Positions 61,462-64,000 of a stretch of DNA of 64,000 bases are shown piece after piece. The notes below the pieces were generated by a model, which saw nothing but the letters and a program-made list of their open reading frames with translations, was not told the origin of the DNA and did no database searches. How positions within the stretch are numbered: position 1 is the stretch's first letter; every line of letters begins with the position of its first letter. Source of the DNA: Rhodospirillaceae bacterium (GTDB taxonomy: Bacteria; Pseudomonadota; Alphaproteobacteria; TMED109); NCBI GenBank assembly GCA_902527765.1, contig CABZPW010000001.1, positions 2,511 to 66,510 of the forward strand. The letters are read 5' to 3'. The translations under genes and the position numbers were made by a program.

Positions 61462-61569
61462 TTAAGATTTACTATTTAAGTATATTATCATATAAGTAAA
61501 TTTTTTAAATAATATAGGCACTCCGTAATATTTTATTTTTAATATTTTTGCTGATACTTTTTTCTTCAT
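61462..61569 (-). other. Possible 35-aa small ORF or gene remnant
   Basis: AAAGGAGA SD 7 nt before ATG; MKKKVSAKILKIKYYGVPILFKKFTYMIIYLNSKS*. Confidence 0.3.
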
Positions 61570-61781
61570 TTATATTTCTCCTTTAATGCGTTTCTACTTT
61601 TTACATTCCCTAGTTATATCATCATATTCAGATCTATTTGTGGTCTTATTTGACACTTTATTTTTGGCAAGAATTGTGTATATTATCACTAGGTTTTTAA
61701 TACAAATGTAGCAGTAGTGTAGCATTACAGAATATTATAAACAGTAGCTTGTAAGAATTAAGATATTAATTACAAGTACAT

Positions 61782-61857
61782 GCCGGATTAGCTCAGTTGG
61801 TAGAGCAACTGATTTGTAATCAGTGGGTCGGCGGTTCAAATCCGTCATCCGGCACCA
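61782..61857 (+). tRNA. tRNA-Thr(TGT)
   Basis: GCCGGAT/ATCCGGC acceptor, ACTGA-TTTGTAA-TCAGT anticodon arm, encoded CCA. Confidence 0.97.
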
Positions 61858-61879
61858 AAAATTTAACTTTAGGTTTATG

Positions 61880-62986
61880 TTATTTTTTTTGAATCCAATT
61901 AAATATTGATTTAATTACTAACATTTGTTCTTTTTGAGATAGGTTGGTCGAGCTTGGCAAAGAGATTATTTTTTCAGAAAGCTTTCTAGCTATCCCATTA
62001 CTAAAGCAGTTGTATTTTTTATAAGGTTTTTGACTAGAAAGATTAACCCAAAAAAAACGAGCTTCTATATTTCTTTTTTTTAAGTAATTTATTAAAGATT
62101 TAGCTTCTTTTTTGGAGGACATTTTTAATGAATATAGCCAACAAGAACTTTTTACATTTTTATTTCTTGGCATAACAGAAAATTTATCAATATTTTTGAA
62201 AGCAAAATCATAAATTTTAGCAATTTTGAGCTTTTCTTTTAATGTTTGATTAAAGAGTTTAATTTGTGCGTATCCAAGAGAGGCATTTATATTAGACATT
62301 TTATAATTATATCCTGAACATATATATTTGTAATCAGCATTAGTTTTTCCCTGTTTTGACAATATATTTGCTCGTCTTAAAAGAGTAATAGAATTAATTA
62401 GTAATGCACCTCCAGAACCTGTTGTTAAAACTTTATTTCCATTAAAGCTAAAAATACCTAAATCTGCCATACAGCCTACTCTTTTTTTTAAGTATTCTGC
62501 CCCCATTGCACCTGCTGCATCTTCAATTATTTTAAATTTATATTTTTTTTTTAATTTTAGAAGACTTTTCATATCAGCAGGATGCCCTAAAGTATGGACA
62601 ACAATAACTGCCGCTGGTTTAACTTTTAATATTGCTTTTTCTAATAGTTTAATATCTAAATTCCAATCATTTTCTCCTATATCAACTATCACTGGTTCGG
62701 CTCCTGATAATTCTACTGCGTTGATTGTGGCTGCAAATGTAAAATCTGGAACAATTACCTTATCTCGTTTTCCTATTTTTAGTGTTTTTAAGGCCAAGTG
62801 TAATGCTGCTGATCCGGTTATAGTTGCAATTGCATATTTACATTTAGCAATTTTTGCTACTTCTTGTTCAAATTTTTTTACACCAGGAGCTGCGCTTGAA
62901 ACCCAATTTTCATTTATGGCTTTATTTAGATACTTTTTTATGTCTCCTTTTAAGTCAGGAATTGAAAGAGGTATTTTTTTTTTCAT
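61880..62986 (-). CDS. legC: DegT/DnrJ aminotransferase, LegC-like
   Basis: IPLSIP, WVSS, GSAALHLAL, IEDAA.A.G, SFNGNKVLTTG.GG, SLPSS. Confidence 0.85.
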   Translation of the reverse strand: MKKKIPLSIPDLKGDIKKYLNKAINENWVSSAAPGVKKFEQEVAKIAKCKYAIATITGSAALHLALKTLKIGKRDKVIVPDFTFAATINAVELSGAEPVIVDIGENDWNLDIKLLEKAILKVKPAAVIVVHTLGHPADMKSLLKLKKKYKFKIIEDAAGAMGAEYLKKRVGCMADLGIFSFNGNKVLTTGSGGALLINSITLLRRANILSKQGKTNADYKYICSGYNYKMSNINASLGYAQIKLFNQTLKEKLKIAKIYDFAFKNIDKFSVMPRNKNVKSSCWLYSLKMSSKKEAKSLINYLKKRNIEARFFWVNLSSQKPYKKYNCFSNGIARKLSEKIISLPSSTNLSQKEQMLVIKSIFNWIQKK

Positions 62987-63152
62987 ACTAATTCATTATG
63001 AAAGTTATTATATTTTAATCCAACAATTTTTTAGATAATACATAAAAATATTTTACGTAGCAAAAGAGAAATTTATTTTTTCTATAATCTGAAAAAATAT
63101 CATTAAACTTTTCTAAAGTTATCAAATTTCATAGTTTAATATTTAATAAATA

Positions 63153-63935
63153 TTAATAAAAAAAGGGTTTTAGTAATTTCGGATATTCTTTAATAGTATC
63201 TTTAATAACATAGTCTCTATTAAGAAACTCATCGGCGACTTCGTCAGTAAAGTCAGAGTTTCTAGTATATCGGATTTCCTTATTCTTATCTTGTTTAACT
63301 CTATTCATATCAAATAAAGATTTATTATCAATAGCTTGGCATAAGCCATTATGGGCTGAATATACAGAACGCATGGTAAAATCAAATGTACTATCACCAT
63401 CTATCAAATTAGGTAAACAGTGAAATAATATTTCACCACTGTCTAATCCTTTACTAAGCATATGTATTGTAGCTCCTACATAATTTGGATTATTGTCATA
63501 TAAAGCCCAAAAGTTACAAGATGACCCTCTATAATATGGAGATAAACCCATATGAATATTAATGGCATTATTTTTTTCTAAAAATTCAATTAACCATCCT
63601 TTTATATAACTAGCTCCAAAAACAATGTAAATATCTGATTTTAGAGCTTCAGATATCTGATTTTTTGTTAAATAATTTAAGTCTCCACTTTTAATAGATA
63701 ATTGGTAAACATTATTTGGTAAAAAGCTAATGTTATTAAAGATTTTTATTTCTGATAAAATAACATTTTGAAAATAGCTATTCATTATTTTACTTTTGCG
63801 AAAAAAGTCACTTACTTTTCCAGGAAAAACTGTATTTACCTCTGATACTAAATATACCTTTTTTGCAACTCTAGCCAAAGATCTTGCCAGATTTAAATGC
63901 CTTGGTTGATTGCTTGAAAATAGAGTTATTTTCAT
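63153..63935 (-). CDS. Formyltransferase family protein (second copy)
   Basis: INIHMGLSPYYRGSSCNFW, GATIH, GLDSGEI. Confidence 0.85.
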   Translation of the reverse strand: MKITLFSSNQPRHLNLARSLARVAKKVYLVSEVNTVFPGKVSDFFRKSKIMNSYFQNVILSEIKIFNNISFLPNNVYQLSIKSGDLNYLTKNQISEALKSDIYIVFGASYIKGWLIEFLEKNNAINIHMGLSPYYRGSSCNFWALYDNNPNYVGATIHMLSKGLDSGEILFHCLPNLIDGDSTFDFTMRSVYSAHNGLCQAIDNKSLFDMNRVKQDKNKEIRYTRNSDFTDEVADEFLNRDYVIKDTIKEYPKLLKPFFY

Positions 63936-64000
63936 TCTTTCATCTCCTTTAAAACTAGGGCATGGTCTTTTCTGGGTATCTCAAATTTTCCTTTTATTTT
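63932..64000 (-). CDS. C-terminal fragment of an upstream gene cut by the window edge
   Basis: Open frame ...KIKGKFEIPRKDHALVLKEMKE* whose TGA overlaps the next ATG (ATGA). Confidence 0.5.
   Translation of the reverse strand, partial: KIKGKFEIPRKDHALVLKEMKE

Noticed and set aside
47345-61857. Intact integrative element or prophage at tRNA-Leu or tRNA-Thr
   Set aside because: No integrase or phage genes, and no duplicated tRNA 3' end found by eye.
1658-63038. Numerous 60-180 aa ORFs antisense to or nested in real genes (e.g. 2317-2703, 5855-6394, 30647-31039, 49431-49820, 62721-63038)
   Set aside because: Shadow frames of well-supported genes, with Phe/Leu/Ile/Ser-rich antisense composition and no motifs.
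1-64000. CRISPR array, rRNA, IS elements, defence systems
   Set aside because: No repeat-spacer pattern, rRNA-like sequence, transposase or nuclease motifs were seen.

Overview
AT-rich, gene-dense chromosomal segment that looks like a streamlined marine alphaproteobacterium. This is inferred from the proteorhodopsin, alphaproteobacterial GAAC-N7-GAAC LexA boxes, plant/alpha-type GshA and near-absent intergenic DNA. Bases 1-47.4 kb are mostly core and metabolic genes: a blue-tuned proteorhodopsin missed by the ORF track, ubiA, rsmE, gshA, tldD, hisC, a soxXYZA module running directly into cbs-cgl-sixA-ispH, dxs, an MMPL/LolA-like/outer-membrane trio, recA, alaS, icd, pqqABCDE (24-aa pqqA found by eye), a ThiV-like symporter under a variant TPP riboswitch, nrdAB, an orphan CoxL-like subunit and map. 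From tRNA-Leu (47.4 kb) to the end is a scrambled surface-glycan region with legionaminic-acid-type genes and two formyltransferases. Best novelty candidates: (1) three related unannotated proteins in the glycan locus built from tandem ~100-aa beta-rich modules mostly ending in a conserved His, one carrying a BFD-type [2Fe-2S] domain; (2) a TPP riboswitch with intact pyrimidine-sensing arm but degenerate pyrophosphate-sensing arm; (3) a Sox module with no soxB/CD in the window, a non-canonical SoxY swinging arm, and tight linkage to transsulfuration genes. No CRISPR, rRNA, transposase or integrase was seen. All assignments come from reading motifs by eye; no searches were run.
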